Below are positions 38,589 to 48,665 of a stretch of DNA of 52,900 nucleotides, in pieces. Below the pieces are notes generated by a model. That model was not told the origin of the DNA, made no database searches, and worked only from the letters and a program-made list of their open reading frames with translations. This stretch comes from Nitrososphaeria archaeon (lineage in GTDB: Archaea > Thermoproteota > Nitrososphaeria > JACIWG01). The stretch covers positions 1 through 52,900 of the forward strand of contig JBEKIG010000017.1 in NCBI GenBank assembly GCA_050011875.1, read 5' to 3'. Both the position numbers and the translations under genes were made by a program. Each line of letters opens with the position of its first letter. The first letter of the stretch is position 1.

Positions 38589-38937
38589 CTAAATTCACCA
38601 TTCAACCCCTCATCTTTATACTTGTAAGGGAAATACCTTACTCCATCTTTCAGTAACATTTATTTTAAATTGATATAACCCAAAATATATGCTTTTCGGG
38701 CGTTCCTTTTATATAAGTTCAGGCCACCCGGCAAATTATTTCATCGTTAACATATTTTTTCTTAAAGTAAAAGTAAAACAATTGAATCTGCCACATTCAA
38801 CGAAAAGTTCTAACTACTCCAAACGCAAACTGTTGTAGAATATCAATATAGTACTTAATATCCTCTGTTCTAAATGTTATCATATCACCTTCATTAAAAG
38901 GCTGACTGTTCTTTGAAATAAAAAAGAGGGGGTTGAG

Positions 38938-39252
38938 CTATTTGGCTTTAAGCATTTTCATGACTTCTTCCATGCTCATAGCCGATTTGAGCTCAGCTGT
39001 TTCGAATGCGCCTCTTACAATAATCTCTGGCTCCATCGCAAATTTATTGAAGACTTCTGAACTTGTTGCTTCGTATATGCCGACAATTAGATGCTCGTTG
39101 GGTACAACGTACTCTCCAAGGTTCTTTATTCCATGTTTCTTCATTAATCCTCCTACTTTTTTATCATATTCAAGAAAGATTTTTCTAGTTTTTTCATTGA
39201 ACATAGGGCAGTTTTCGGGCGCGTGCTTTGCAATCATCAATATTATGGCCAT
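38938..39252 (-). CDS. Small conserved-looking archaeal protein (ferredoxin-like fold suspected)
   Basis: MIAKHAPENCPM...KHGIK...VPNEH. A BRE/TATA-like AAAAAGCTTATATA lies ~30 bp upstream of ATG 39252. Confidence 0.7.
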   Translation of the reverse strand: MAIILMIAKHAPENCPMFNEKTRKIFLEYDKKVGGLMKKHGIKNLGEYVVPNEHLIVGIYEATSSEVFNKFAMEPEIIVRGAFETAELKSAMSMEEVMKMLKAK

Positions 39253-39494
39253 ATTAAAATACGCCAAATAATTATCTTAACTTAACTATATAAGCTTTTT
39301 AAATTTTAGCTTAACTTTTACGGAATTTTAAATAATTTGTTATAAATCTTGTATTCTAATTTATTTCTAGCCTTTTCTGCTTGAGTTCTTTAACTATTTT
39401 TTTCTATCTATGAAGCCTTAGAGATCTCATTTTACACCACTTCAAGACTATTCCTTAGGCTAGTATTTTATTGGGCTAGGGAATTAACCAGTGT

Positions 39495-39719
39495 TTAAAG
39501 TTCCTTATCCTTTTCGCTTATTCCCTCTCTTAGTTTGTTAACGTATTCTCCTGAGCCAAAGATTGTTAAAGAGTGTTCTCCCTGCTGATAGAACTTTCCT
39601 AGATCTCCGAAAGTATAACTTCTATATACTTCTGTTAAATATCCTTGATGTCCTATAAGAGTTTCTTCAATGTCAACGGATATTATAGATCCATTTGAAG
39701 AACCTTGTTCAGAGTGCAA
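39495..39719 (-). CDS. Small hypothetical protein or fragment
   Basis: 74-aa ORF with a TTG start and GGGTG upstream. Confidence 0.4.
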   Translation of the reverse strand: MHSEQGSSNGSIISVDIEETLIGHQGYLTEVYRSYTFGDLGKFYQQGEHSLTIFGSGEYVNKLREGISEKDKEL

Positions 39720-39849
39720 CTACTAAACACCCGTATTTAATGCGAAAAGAACCTGTTAAACATAGATTAGTAATGGTGTTTAGATTTTTTCGCATATGCA
39801 TGTATATGGAATAGCATTGTTCACTATGCTAAAACCCGTACATTTTCGG

Positions 39850-39863
39850 GAAAGCATTAAGTA
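39850..39863 (+). promoter_or_regulatory. Archaeal BRE/TATA-like element of the VOC gene
   Basis: GAAAGCATTAAGTA ends ~25 bp before GTG 39888. Confidence 0.5.
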
Positions 39864-39887
39864 TTATCCAATTGAATATATCACTAA

Positions 39888-40274
39888 GTGAGTAATATGG
39901 ATAAGGTCGTGCATTTCGAGATTCCTGCTGAAGATGTCAAGCGGGCTAAGAAGTTCTATGAGTCAGTATTCGGATGGCAAACAAATGATATACCTGAAAT
40001 GGATTACACCATGCTCATAACTTCTCCAACAGATGAACGTAACATGCCAAAGGAGAAGGGAGCAATAAATGGTGGAATGATGAAACGAAGCGATAAAGTG
40101 AAGTCGCCTCTTGTAACGATATCTGTTTCTGACATCGACGATGCAGTAAAAAAGCTTGAAAAGGCAGGGGGGAAGCTAGTACTGCCAAAAGTTAAGGTTG
40201 AGAAGATGGGTTTCTCAGCGTACTTTAAGGACACAGAAGGAAATGTAGTAGGACTATGGCAGAATCTAGGGTGA
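39888..40274 (+). CDS. VOC/glyoxalase-family protein
   Basis: VVHFEIPAEDVKRAKKFYESVFGW, GAINGGM and AYFKDTEGNVVGLWQ. Confidence 0.93.
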   Translation: MSNMDKVVHFEIPAEDVKRAKKFYESVFGWQTNDIPEMDYTMLITSPTDERNMPKEKGAINGGMMKRSDKVKSPLVTISVSDIDDAVKKLEKAGGKLVLPKVKVEKMGFSAYFKDTEGNVVGLWQNLG

Positions 40275-40399
40275 TTTCCCCAACACTTTTTTTTAAAAAA
40301 TAGTTGTACTGCAAATCAAAGGTTTAATTGTTTATGATAAAGTTTTGACAAAAGTTTTTATCGGGAAAGTTCAAATGTGTTCAAATACATTAAGAAGGT

Positions 40400-40663
40400 G
40401 TGGAGATAGACCCGTCATCCCTACACAAGATTATCGGGGATATGACACGGAGAAACATACTCGAGCTATTAGCTGAGAAACGGGTCTTATCGTACACGGA
40501 TGTTATGTCCCTTCTAAATATTACGAATACAGGGAGACTAAACTATCACCTGAGAATTTTGGGAGAGCTGATAGAAAAAGGTTACATCCTAAATCTAAGG
40601 GAGCTTCTGTTTCCGAATGGCCTTCACTGTTGGGAAGGTCCGATTCTACGCGAATGTCGGTGA
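40400..40663 (+). pseudogene. ArsR-type wHTH regulator, probably 3'-truncated
   Basis: TRRNILELL...LSYTDVM...TGRLNYHLRILGELIEK, after which the wing is lost at ~40580 near the GC shift. Confidence 0.6.
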
Positions 40664-40680
40664 AGGGTATGGGGCCAGGC

Positions 40681-43600
40681 TCAGGCCTTCTTGTCAGAGC
40701 TTCTTCCAGCCTTAGATGGCCACCAGTTGAGCCTCTCAGCCAAGGCCATCAGGGACGGCACGAAGAAGAGGATGACCACCGACACGTCGATCAGCACGGC
40801 TGCCGAGACCGCCACGCCGATCTCCTGGAGCACGGCGATCCCGGTCACCAGGAGGGAGGCGAAGACGCTCGAAAGTATGAGCCCGAGGCCAAAGATGGTC
40901 ACCCAGACCTTGGTGGTGGCGATCTTGATCGCTTCGTCGTCGGTCTTCCCGTTCAGGATCTCTTCCCGTATCCTCGTCACGTAGAAGATGTCGTAGTCGA
41001 TGCCGACGCCTAGCATGGTCACTATCACGAAGAGGTCCACAAAGTTAAGGATAGGCAGCTTCAGCAGGTAATCAAAGGTGACGGTGAGCAGGGCTAGGGA
41101 GAAGGCCACGCTGCAGAGGAGGGTGAAGACTAGCCTGAACGGCGTGAAGGCAGACATGAGCTGGAGAAATAGGATAACGTAGACCGCGATGACTAGGATG
41201 ATCATGACCTCTGGTATCAACCCATTCATGAACTGCTGGCTGTCGTACGTCTGCGAAGCCTCTCCGCCGTAGTGCACGACGACCCCCTGCATGAGGGAGG
41301 TGGACTTCACTTCGGACTCCAGCTTCTCCAGGGAGGTGACGGACTGTGCGCTCATCGAGGCAGAATTGAACCCGACGGAAATCAGCGCGGTCGCGTTGTC
41401 CTTTCCTATGCAGGAGAGCATCCCGTCGAGGTACTGCGAACGGATGGGCTCGGACATGTCCCCGATAGACGAGAAATTGAATGGAGACCCGTAGGGCCTG
41501 GTCGGGCCCGTGAGGCTGACCACGTCTGAGGAGCCAGCCATCTTGGACGATATCAGCTCGATCTGGTTCAGCAGCGTCTGGTTGAACTGGTTGTCTCCGT
41601 AGACTATGGGGGAGGGCATCGTAACCAGAACCAAGGTGGGAGAGACAGTCCCTCCGCCCATGCTGTTCGTGATGACAGTCAGACCCTGATTGCTCTGGAA
41701 GTTCGGGATGAGCTTCAATATGTCGAGTCCGGTGGGAGTGCTGACCGTTACAGCGACCGCGCCGGCAGCGAAGAGCGATATCACCAGCACGACGGCCAGC
41801 TTCCTCTTGAGGGTCGCGTCGGATAGCCTTGCCAAGAGGCCGGGCTTGGATTCGTGGCTGTTGACCTTCAGGCGCGGCCAGAACAGGCGGTCTCCAAGTA
41901 GCAGCTCAAGGGAAGGAAGCAGCGTCAACGACGCCAGAAGAAGGATGGAGACCCCAAGAGCGATGGCTATCCCGACGTCGTTGAATATTGGCACGTTCAC
42001 CACCGCCAGGATGGCGTACGCTACGACGACGGTGATCCCCGCAGTCAGCACCGCCTGGCCGGCCCATCTGACTGATGTCGCCACGCTCTCCTCCTTCGAC
42101 TTTCCGTTCATCCTCTCTTCTTTCATCCTTCGGAGCTGAAGGACGGAGTAGTCCACGGCGAGTCCAAGCATGAGGAGCGTCACCAGCGTAGGAGTGAGGA
42201 AGGTTATCTTGCCGCTCCCGGCGACCACCACGTCGAGGTAGATGGCCGCGTACGCGATGACGATGGAGATTCCTCCAAGAAGCAGTGGAAGCAGGGCCGC
42301 GAGCGGCGCCGCGAATAGGATGCCGACGATGATTATCGAGGCCACGATTCCTGGGCCTACGGCCAATCCGAGGACGGGGATGAAGGTGTTCTCAAAATCA
42401 TTCGTAATCACAGTCCCTCCGGTTACATATGTCGTCGCCAGTGACGAGAGTTCTGAGCTTTTCACGTCCTGCTGGAACCCTGCGATGGCGTTGGAGCTGG
42501 GAGCGGAAGAGTAATTAAATACGACGATCATCGTGTCGTTCTCGGCCCCCACGAAGTTCTGTGTCAGCGATTTCGATAGGACGAGGGGATAGTCGGAGAA
42601 GCTATCCTCTGAGATCACGGTGTCGATCGCGCTGGCTACCTTGGCAGCCGAGCTGGCTGTGGTGAGGCCGGAAAGCAGGCCGCTGAGGGAGGTCGCGTTG
42701 ACCGTAAAGAGGGGGGACGCCGCAAGGGCGCTCGCCGTCGTGTTTGAGAAGAACCCTGCCGCGAGGCTCCAGATGGCGCTTTGACTTGGCGAAGGGCCAA
42801 GCGAGGAGGAGGCCACGATCAGGTCGGTGATCGAGAACCCAGGGATGGGCACGGAGATGCCGCTGAAGCCGTTCGCGATCAACGGGATAGCGAGGTTCGT
42901 GAGCGCCGCTACTGACGGAGAGGGACCCAGGCTGTAAATGCTGAGCACAAGTTCTCTGGGCGCAATGTCAAGTGACGAGGTTAGGCTGCTCGGGATCTGG
43001 GAGGCGAACGCGTTGACTGTAAGGTTCCCGATGGCGCTTCCCTGGTTCCAGTTGGTCACGTTGAGCCCGTCCGCCACACTCATGATCAGCCCCTTTGTTT
43101 CGTTGTCCAGGAAGGGGCTAGAAGTTACCTGGCTCACCGCTCCGCTGATGGCGGTTGCCTCCCTCTGCGTCGGCGTGAGGCTGGGGGCCGTATGGAAGCT
43201 CGCACTCCAATAGCCGAAGAACGCGGTGTAGTACCCGATTGACTGCTGGTCGCCTCCTAAGTTGCCCGTCTGGGCGAAGATGGTCGCGTTGGCCTGCTGG
43301 TTGGCGATAGTTATGTTCGTCTGTCCGGCGGCTACGATTCCAGCATAGATCCTAACGAAAGCTGCGGGTATCCCATACACCAGCTGAGATGTCTGGTTGA
43401 TCCCCTCCTGCATCTGGAAGAGGCCAGAGCTGAGGGTCGAAAGGTTCTTCTCTAATGAGAAGACGGCCTCGTTCACCGTCGTGATGTTGGAGGCGATGGA
43501 CGCAACACCTAGGATGAAACTGGGCAGCGTGGAGTTCAGGATATCGCGCTCGGTTGAATAGATGCTCGACACCCCCGTGTAGTTGACTTGACTGGGATCG

Positions 43601-43965
43601 GAGCTTATGTTACGGTCGAGCTGGAGGACGGCGTTCTTCACGGCGTCCGAGTATACGCCGGAGGCCGGGTTCTGAATCACCAGTATGATGCTATAGTTTC
43701 CGGCGCCGCTCAAGGATGGAAACTGCGCGTCCAATATGTTCTGAGCGATCTGAGACTCTGTGTTCTTCGACGCTCCGGAGACAGCCAGTGCAGTGACGTC
43801 GTATGACACGCCAGCAAAGAAGCTAGGTATCAACGTGGTCGAAAGCACAAGCACCAAGATCCATATGACTATTATCAGCCAATGGAAGCGCTTTATGAAA
43901 GAATTTAACGGGTCGAACTTAGAACGAGACACTGCTAACAATCCTCCAGCGGCATCAGCGAACAT
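40681..43965 (-). CDS. MMPL/RND-family transporter with large extracytoplasmic insertion
   Basis: Two TM bundles with GLAVDYS and GVGIDYDIF motifs. 1094 aa, markedly GC-rich. Confidence 0.92.
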   Translation of the reverse strand: MFADAAGGLLAVSRSKFDPLNSFIKRFHWLIIVIWILVLVLSTTLIPSFFAGVSYDVTALAVSGASKNTESQIAQNILDAQFPSLSGAGNYSIILVIQNPASGVYSDAVKNAVLQLDRNISSDPSQVNYTGVSSIYSTERDILNSTLPSFILGVASIASNITTVNEAVFSLEKNLSTLSSGLFQMQEGINQTSQLVYGIPAAFVRIYAGIVAAGQTNITIANQQANATIFAQTGNLGGDQQSIGYYTAFFGYWSASFHTAPSLTPTQREATAISGAVSQVTSSPFLDNETKGLIMSVADGLNVTNWNQGSAIGNLTVNAFASQIPSSLTSSLDIAPRELVLSIYSLGPSPSVAALTNLAIPLIANGFSGISVPIPGFSITDLIVASSSLGPSPSQSAIWSLAAGFFSNTTASALAASPLFTVNATSLSGLLSGLTTASSAAKVASAIDTVISEDSFSDYPLVLSKSLTQNFVGAENDTMIVVFNYSSAPSSNAIAGFQQDVKSSELSSLATTYVTGGTVITNDFENTFIPVLGLAVGPGIVASIIIVGILFAAPLAALLPLLLGGISIVIAYAAIYLDVVVAGSGKITFLTPTLVTLLMLGLAVDYSVLQLRRMKEERMNGKSKEESVATSVRWAGQAVLTAGITVVVAYAILAVVNVPIFNDVGIAIALGVSILLLASLTLLPSLELLLGDRLFWPRLKVNSHESKPGLLARLSDATLKRKLAVVLVISLFAAGAVAVTVSTPTGLDILKLIPNFQSNQGLTVITNSMGGGTVSPTLVLVTMPSPIVYGDNQFNQTLLNQIELISSKMAGSSDVVSLTGPTRPYGSPFNFSSIGDMSEPIRSQYLDGMLSCIGKDNATALISVGFNSASMSAQSVTSLEKLESEVKSTSLMQGVVVHYGGEASQTYDSQQFMNGLIPEVMIILVIAVYVILFLQLMSAFTPFRLVFTLLCSVAFSLALLTVTFDYLLKLPILNFVDLFVIVTMLGVGIDYDIFYVTRIREEILNGKTDDEAIKIATTKVWVTIFGLGLILSSVFASLLVTGIAVLQEIGVAVSAAVLIDVSVVILFFVPSLMALAERLNWWPSKAGRSSDKKA

Positions 43966-44001
43966 CCATTCATGTTACGGCTGCTGTAGCCCTAGCGCGC
44001 C

Positions 44002-44199
44002 CTACTCGGCCAACTTCTTTTCGTTCTGCAATGAGGCATATTCGATCCTACCTTTCGCTACCGCGGCGCCCGCCTCCGTCCTCACAATCATAAACTTCAA
44101 GGTCGCGTCCTGATTCTGTGCGCTTTTCCTTTCAAGGAAGAGCTCTACCAAATCTGCGAGTGTTTTTTCACCAACCATGTTAATTTCTTCCATAATCAC
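44002..44199 (-). pseudogene. Short chimeric ORF, possibly the tail of a MarR-like regulator
   Basis: AT-rich 5' part joined to a GC-rich 3' part reading QDATLKFMIVRTEAG (wing-like), directly upstream of the MMPL gene. Confidence 0.3.
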
Positions 44200-44574
44200 A
44201 AAGCCAATATATATCGAAATTTAAACATTTTACATTCGGCGACATTTGGGGTGTGGGGAAATGTGCCACACGGGCAAGGGTCTAGGATTATTCTAAAAGG
44301 TTCAGCAACGGAGATGATTGACTACCACAAGAACCAGTTTAATGCCTTTACAGGGGCTTTAATCAGGGTATCTGCACCTAACTATGTGCCTACCCCACCG
44401 GTTCCTACCTTTAAAAATAACCAAAAGGTCAACGAAGAGAATTTTGTACAGTCTTCTTCTCCTTGTAGAAAACAAGATTTAAACAATTGGCCTGTAGGTG
44501 TATTCTTATCGCCCTTTACATAGGAAGTCTTTTCAGACAATCTATATGAAAGTAGTATGATATCAAATCTTATG

Positions 44575-44709
44575 CTACTTTCTTATTAGGACTCTTCGGC
44601 TCGGCAGAACGCTGACGAACTGCCATCCATCTTTGAAGTAGTTGTCTCGCTCGTCGGTGGGCTGTGGGGTTGACCTTGATTCGACAGACGGGAGGTGGCT
44701 CTCATTCAA
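44575..44709 (-). pseudogene. Orphan C-terminal fragment resembling the tail of archaeal tyrosine integrases
   Basis: 45-codon frame ending DERDNYFKDGWQFVSVLPSRRVLIRK*. The resemblance is from recall only, and no catalytic domain is present. Confidence 0.35.
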
Positions 44710-44814
44710 TTAACCTATTGTTTTCAATAAGTTAAAGATGAACGAGCTAGCCCATCCGCAGGTCCAAACCTACGTGGGGACGACATTGTCATACGTCCAG
44801 AAGACGCTGCAAAA

Positions 44815-45825
44815 TCATCGAGCGCCTTGCTCATTTAGCCAGTTAAAGATAGCATTTGCGGCTTCTTTATCAAGTTCTGCATCTGGCGCATTATAATGCG
44901 AACCAACATATTCAGCTGTAAGTTTTTCAATAGGCATCTCTTCATGCTTTAGTACGTGATTGGCGTTTTCTGGATAAGCAAACGACACTGCAGTTTTTTG
45001 GGCGGTTGCGTTTTCCAATGCCCTTCCGTCTATTTTCCAGTCAGTTTGGAGGTCTTTTTTGCCGATTACCACTAGTATGGGTTCGTTAACTCTTACGATG
45101 TATTCTGGGAGGCTGTAAGTCCATAATTCTCTAGCAAACGGTAAGTTGTTTGGATTTTCTAAGCTGCGTAGCAACAGCTTTATGCCTTCGGGAAGAGACG
45201 GGTCCATGACTACTGGTTTATTGGCTAGGAACTCTGCGATGGCTTCATCGTAATGTTTCATGATGATTTCTGCGTTAGGCAGAGACCTAATTTGGTTGAA
45301 GATTTGGCTGCGACCCACTTCACCAATCGCTCTTCCAGGGGCTCCGGTCAGCACCAGTCCTCTGAAGCGGTCACTCTTTGCCTGCAGTTGGTAATTTACG
45401 GCGTGAATAGCGCCTTCACTGTTGGCTAGCACAAAAAGATTATCCTTGTTAACGTTTTTTTCAGGGACTATTGTTTCAACTGCGCCTGTTAGTTCGTCTA
45501 CGTGAGTTTGCATGCTGACTTTGCCAGCAAATTTGGATAAGTCCTCTTTGACGTGGGGGCCTGCGCCAAGTTTATCAAAGCGTAGAGTAAGAAAACCTTG
45601 AGTTGCGAGTGCTTCAGCCAATAATTTGGCGCTGCCGTTTGTTCCAGGTAAGAGCGGTGAGCACCAGTTTCTGTCGGTTGGACCACTACCCGCTACAAAG
45701 ATAACTGCTGAATGAGCCTCTTTATCCTTTGGCGTCGTAATGGTTCCGTATACTAGAATGTCAAGAACTTTCCATGTTACTTCTCTATTTTCAATAACCG
45801 CATCTCTCATGCTTTCAAACCTCAA
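44815..45825 (-). CDS. Alpha/beta hydrolase
   Basis: AGSGPTDRN, RFDKLG, nucleophile ANSEG, GKKDLQ and ANHVLK. Confidence 0.9.
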   Translation of the reverse strand: MRFESMRDAVIENREVTWKVLDILVYGTITTPKDKEAHSAVIFVAGSGPTDRNWCSPLLPGTNGSAKLLAEALATQGFLTLRFDKLGAGPHVKEDLSKFAGKVSMQTHVDELTGAVETIVPEKNVNKDNLFVLANSEGAIHAVNYQLQAKSDRFRGLVLTGAPGRAIGEVGRSQIFNQIRSLPNAEIIMKHYDEAIAEFLANKPVVMDPSLPEGIKLLLRSLENPNNLPFARELWTYSLPEYIVRVNEPILVVIGKKDLQTDWKIDGRALENATAQKTAVSFAYPENANHVLKHEEMPIEKLTAEYVGSHYNAPDAELDKEAANAIFNWLNEQGAR

Positions 45826-45891
45826 TGAATTAACTCGTTAGCCCTAACCAGACATCCGTTTCAAGTTTTCTTAAACCTTTCGTCCTTTCGA

Positions 45892-46260
45892 CTAGATTAC
45901 CGATTTAAAAACTTGACACGTCTCAAGATTACTGATAAGGTTGACGATGTCCGTAAATAAGCCGTTGTCAAGAATCGCCTCTAGGAATGAGCGATAGATC
46001 GAGTTCGGGTCGTCGGGTCGCTTCATGCCGTGAGGCCTCTTGAAGCCAACGAACAGAATAGCAGCGAATTTGAATCGGACTGCATAGTATAGGAAACCCT
46101 AGCTTTTCGACCTACTGCTTTCTTGCTTCTCGGACTTGCGGAGTCGGTTCAGTTCGGCTATCTTCTCCTTGTATTCCTTTTTCTTCTTCTTATTTCCTTG
46201 TGCGCGAGCTTGGTCGTATAGCTTCTTCAGTTTCTCTTCTTCTAGTGCGTAATCGGACAT
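45892..46260 (-). pseudogene. 123-codon frame interrupted by TAG at 46099-46101
   Basis: MSDYALEEEKLKKLYDQARAQGNKKKKKEYKEKIAELNRLRKSEKQESSRSKS*GFLYYAVRFKFAAILFVGFKRPHG...; not in the ORF track. Confidence 0.45.
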
Positions 46261-46288
46261 CTTCGGAAATGAGGTCGTAGCGCAATAG

Positions 46289-46480
46289 TTAAGTCTTTCT
46301 GAGATGGGTCACAAAACTACCGCTCAAGTAGTCCTCCTTGTTGTAATTACTTAAGATCACAGCATAATTTCTATTTGTCAAAAATGGGGGATCGAGGTAA
46401 ATGAGTGAAACTGAATCACTAGGGTCAGTAGGCACTCTAGACCTTGTATTATCTAAAATTTGCAATAAGACCCACAACAT
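46289..46480 (-). pseudogene. Remnant of an N6-A/N4-C DNA methyltransferase N-terminus
   Basis: PSDSVSLIYLDPPFLTNRNY contains catalytic motif IV DPPF. An adjacent frame gives IIQGLECLLTL just before it. The rest of the enzyme is absent. Confidence 0.7.
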
Positions 46481-46593
46481 ATATTCTTGTATACTTAGTT
46501 AACGTTATGGTCTCCAAATCTGATCCATATAGGGTTAAATCAATTTAACAGAAATAAATAAATTTTAAATATTGTATACTTATTCTTAGAAAT

Positions 46594-46914
46594 ATGCAAT
46601 TTCTTATTGATGGATACCTCTTCCAACCTATCGAAGGTGTACAAGGAGATACTAATACACGCAGGATATCAAGAATCCAAGTGGGCAAAGTGGGTGATTC
46701 TGTCTTTCCCGAAGATTTGGATAAGATTATGACTATATTAGAAAAGAGATTTCCTGTGACAGATTACATTCTACTTAGGCTAAAGGTAGTTTCCTCTTCA
46801 GGAGAAGATACAATAGAAGTGGGAATAACTTATTCTACTATACGACGAAGAGCTGAAAAGATATGGAAATCTCTTCCTGCTTCGGAAATATCCCGACGAC
46901 TCAGAAAGGTTTAG
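46594..46914 (+). CDS. Hypothetical protein
   Basis: 106-aa ORF with a TTTTAAAT box ~25 bp upstream. Confidence 0.55.
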   Translation: MQFLIDGYLFQPIEGVQGDTNTRRISRIQVGKVGDSVFPEDLDKIMTILEKRFPVTDYILLRLKVVSSSGEDTIEVGITYSTIRRRAEKIWKSLPASEISRRLRKV

Positions 46915-46973
46915 TCAAAAATTATCATTGTAATAACCTAGAGTATAATAATTAAACATAGTTTGGTTCAAAT

Positions 46974-48329
46974 TTAGCTAATCCTGTATTCTTTTCCACG
47001 TTCTGTCATCTGAACATTTTCGCTTATGCGTTTGAACAGATGCGCGTTTTCTGTGTGGACTGGAAAGACCCTCTTTGCATCTATCTCCCTAACCAGATGT
47101 CCTATCTGCTCTCTGTTCATATGGCCTGAAGCGTGCAGTTGGTGGAACAGTATCCCAAAATGGTCAAGCCAGTTGTGCAGAACCTCATCTTCAACATCCT
47201 CTTCACTGAAAGGCTCGCTCATGCTGCGGATGAAGTGACTGCCATGCTCCGGCTTTATGTCTATCAACTCCGCAAACTGGTAGAATTCCAGGTCCATGAT
47301 AAGCCTACTCTGGTTCTCATGGACAAACTCGTGTGTCACCATCTTGTCCATGAACTGTCTCTCCCATCCATAGTAGTCGGAGTCGTCGTAGGTTCCAGAC
47401 TTCTTGCGCTTGTAATAAACGAGAATGTGGTCGTCCTTCAAAGGATCTGGCAGGTCCAGGTGTTCATCGTGAATAAGCTTGCCGAGCAGATAGGCGGTTT
47501 TTGGTGAGATTACAATCTTTCTTTCGTTCTTGACTGCTACATTGTAGAAACTTCTGAACCTGTCAATGTCACGGCTGTAATGCGCCACGAACACGATCCT
47601 GTCGGTTGAAGAGACAATTTTATCGCTCAGCTGTTCCACCTGGAACTCGGTGTAGTTCTTGCGTTTTTCTTTCAGTGCCATCCTTGTACCTTCACAGATC
47701 AGAGCATCCGGCTTGGATCCCCTTGCTCTCTCTATGAATTCTTCGGTAAGGTTCTTCTTTGGACCGTGCATCCTGACGTCCCCGGTGTAGACGACTATGC
47801 CCCCAGACGTGTGTATGACGAAGCCGTAGGCCGCTGGAATCGAGTGATCAACATGCACAGGTTCAACTTCGATGTCATCTATCCTAATTTTCTTTCCGGT
47901 GCGGAAAGTCCGATATCCATGCTCGCCGTAGTCACAGAAACCGCTGGTCTCTTCCATCGATTCAAGAAAAAGCTTTGTACCGACACCAAGATGCACGGGG
48001 ATTGTCGGGTCCACAAAACAGATGTGTGCAACATGGTCAAAATGAGCGTGAGAGAGAAAGACTGCTCCGATCTCTGGCTCCGAGTAAGGAAGATCTGTGA
48101 AGGCCAACTGCTCCTTTGCGTATAATCCTAGGATCTTGGGCAAAAGGCCAAATTCAAAATGGTCTCCTAAACCGTTTACTGCACGCGGGCAGAGCCATCC
48201 TGTAAAATAGTCTTCACCAAAATTGAAAGCCTGTCCGAAATCAAGTAAGATCTTCGTGTCTTTGTCTTTCAGAAGGATCTTGTTGCCGCCGATTTCGTTG
48301 ACTCCGCCATAGAATATTAGCTCAGCCAT
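46974..48329 (-). CDS. Metallo-beta-lactamase/beta-CASP nuclease, RNase J-like
   Basis: GGVNEIGGN, LDFG, SHAHFDH, VDHS, YTGD and HASGH. Confidence 0.9.
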   Translation of the reverse strand: MAELIFYGGVNEIGGNKILLKDKDTKILLDFGQAFNFGEDYFTGWLCPRAVNGLGDHFEFGLLPKILGLYAKEQLAFTDLPYSEPEIGAVFLSHAHFDHVAHICFVDPTIPVHLGVGTKLFLESMEETSGFCDYGEHGYRTFRTGKKIRIDDIEVEPVHVDHSIPAAYGFVIHTSGGIVVYTGDVRMHGPKKNLTEEFIERARGSKPDALICEGTRMALKEKRKNYTEFQVEQLSDKIVSSTDRIVFVAHYSRDIDRFRSFYNVAVKNERKIVISPKTAYLLGKLIHDEHLDLPDPLKDDHILVYYKRKKSGTYDDSDYYGWERQFMDKMVTHEFVHENQSRLIMDLEFYQFAELIDIKPEHGSHFIRSMSEPFSEEDVEDEVLHNWLDHFGILFHQLHASGHMNREQIGHLVREIDAKRVFPVHTENAHLFKRISENVQMTERGKEYRIS

Positions 48330-48397
48330 TTTTCTCCCGCATATATAATATGTAGTTGCTATTATTATTAGCTGTTAGCTATCTCATTCAGACTGTG

Positions 48398-48430
48398 ACT
48401 ATGTATGAACTATGTATGAACTATGTATGA
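48398..48430. repeat. Three perfect 11-bp tandem copies of ACTATGTATGA
   Basis: Read directly, ~70-100 bp upstream of the RNase J-like start. Confidence 0.9.
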
Positions 48431-48634
48431 AAGCAATGCTGTATCAGAAAACTATCTTCTAAACTATCTAGATGAATTATGGGATCAACTTCAAATTATC
48501 ATAGTTCTTTTTAAGATAAAATAATGAGTGGGGCTTCATAGCTATAACATCTAGTTCAAGGCTCAATTACCTTTTATCCTCATCTTCATTGCAATAGAAT
48601 ATCTTCGAACACGTTAAGAAAATAATAGGAATAG

Positions 48635-48656
48635 CGCGATCCATCGATCGATCGCG
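48635..48656 (-). terminator. Near-perfect palindrome/hairpin just downstream of the PRC-barrel gene
   Basis: CGCGATC-CATCGATC-GATCGCG, ~10 bp after the stop and followed by T-rich sequence on the minus strand. Confidence 0.45.
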
Positions 48657-48665
48657 GACATCAGT

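Noticed and set aside
40630-44113. Several plus-strand ORFs over the MMPL gene
   Set aside because: Antisense shadows of a GC-rich gene with no independent motifs.
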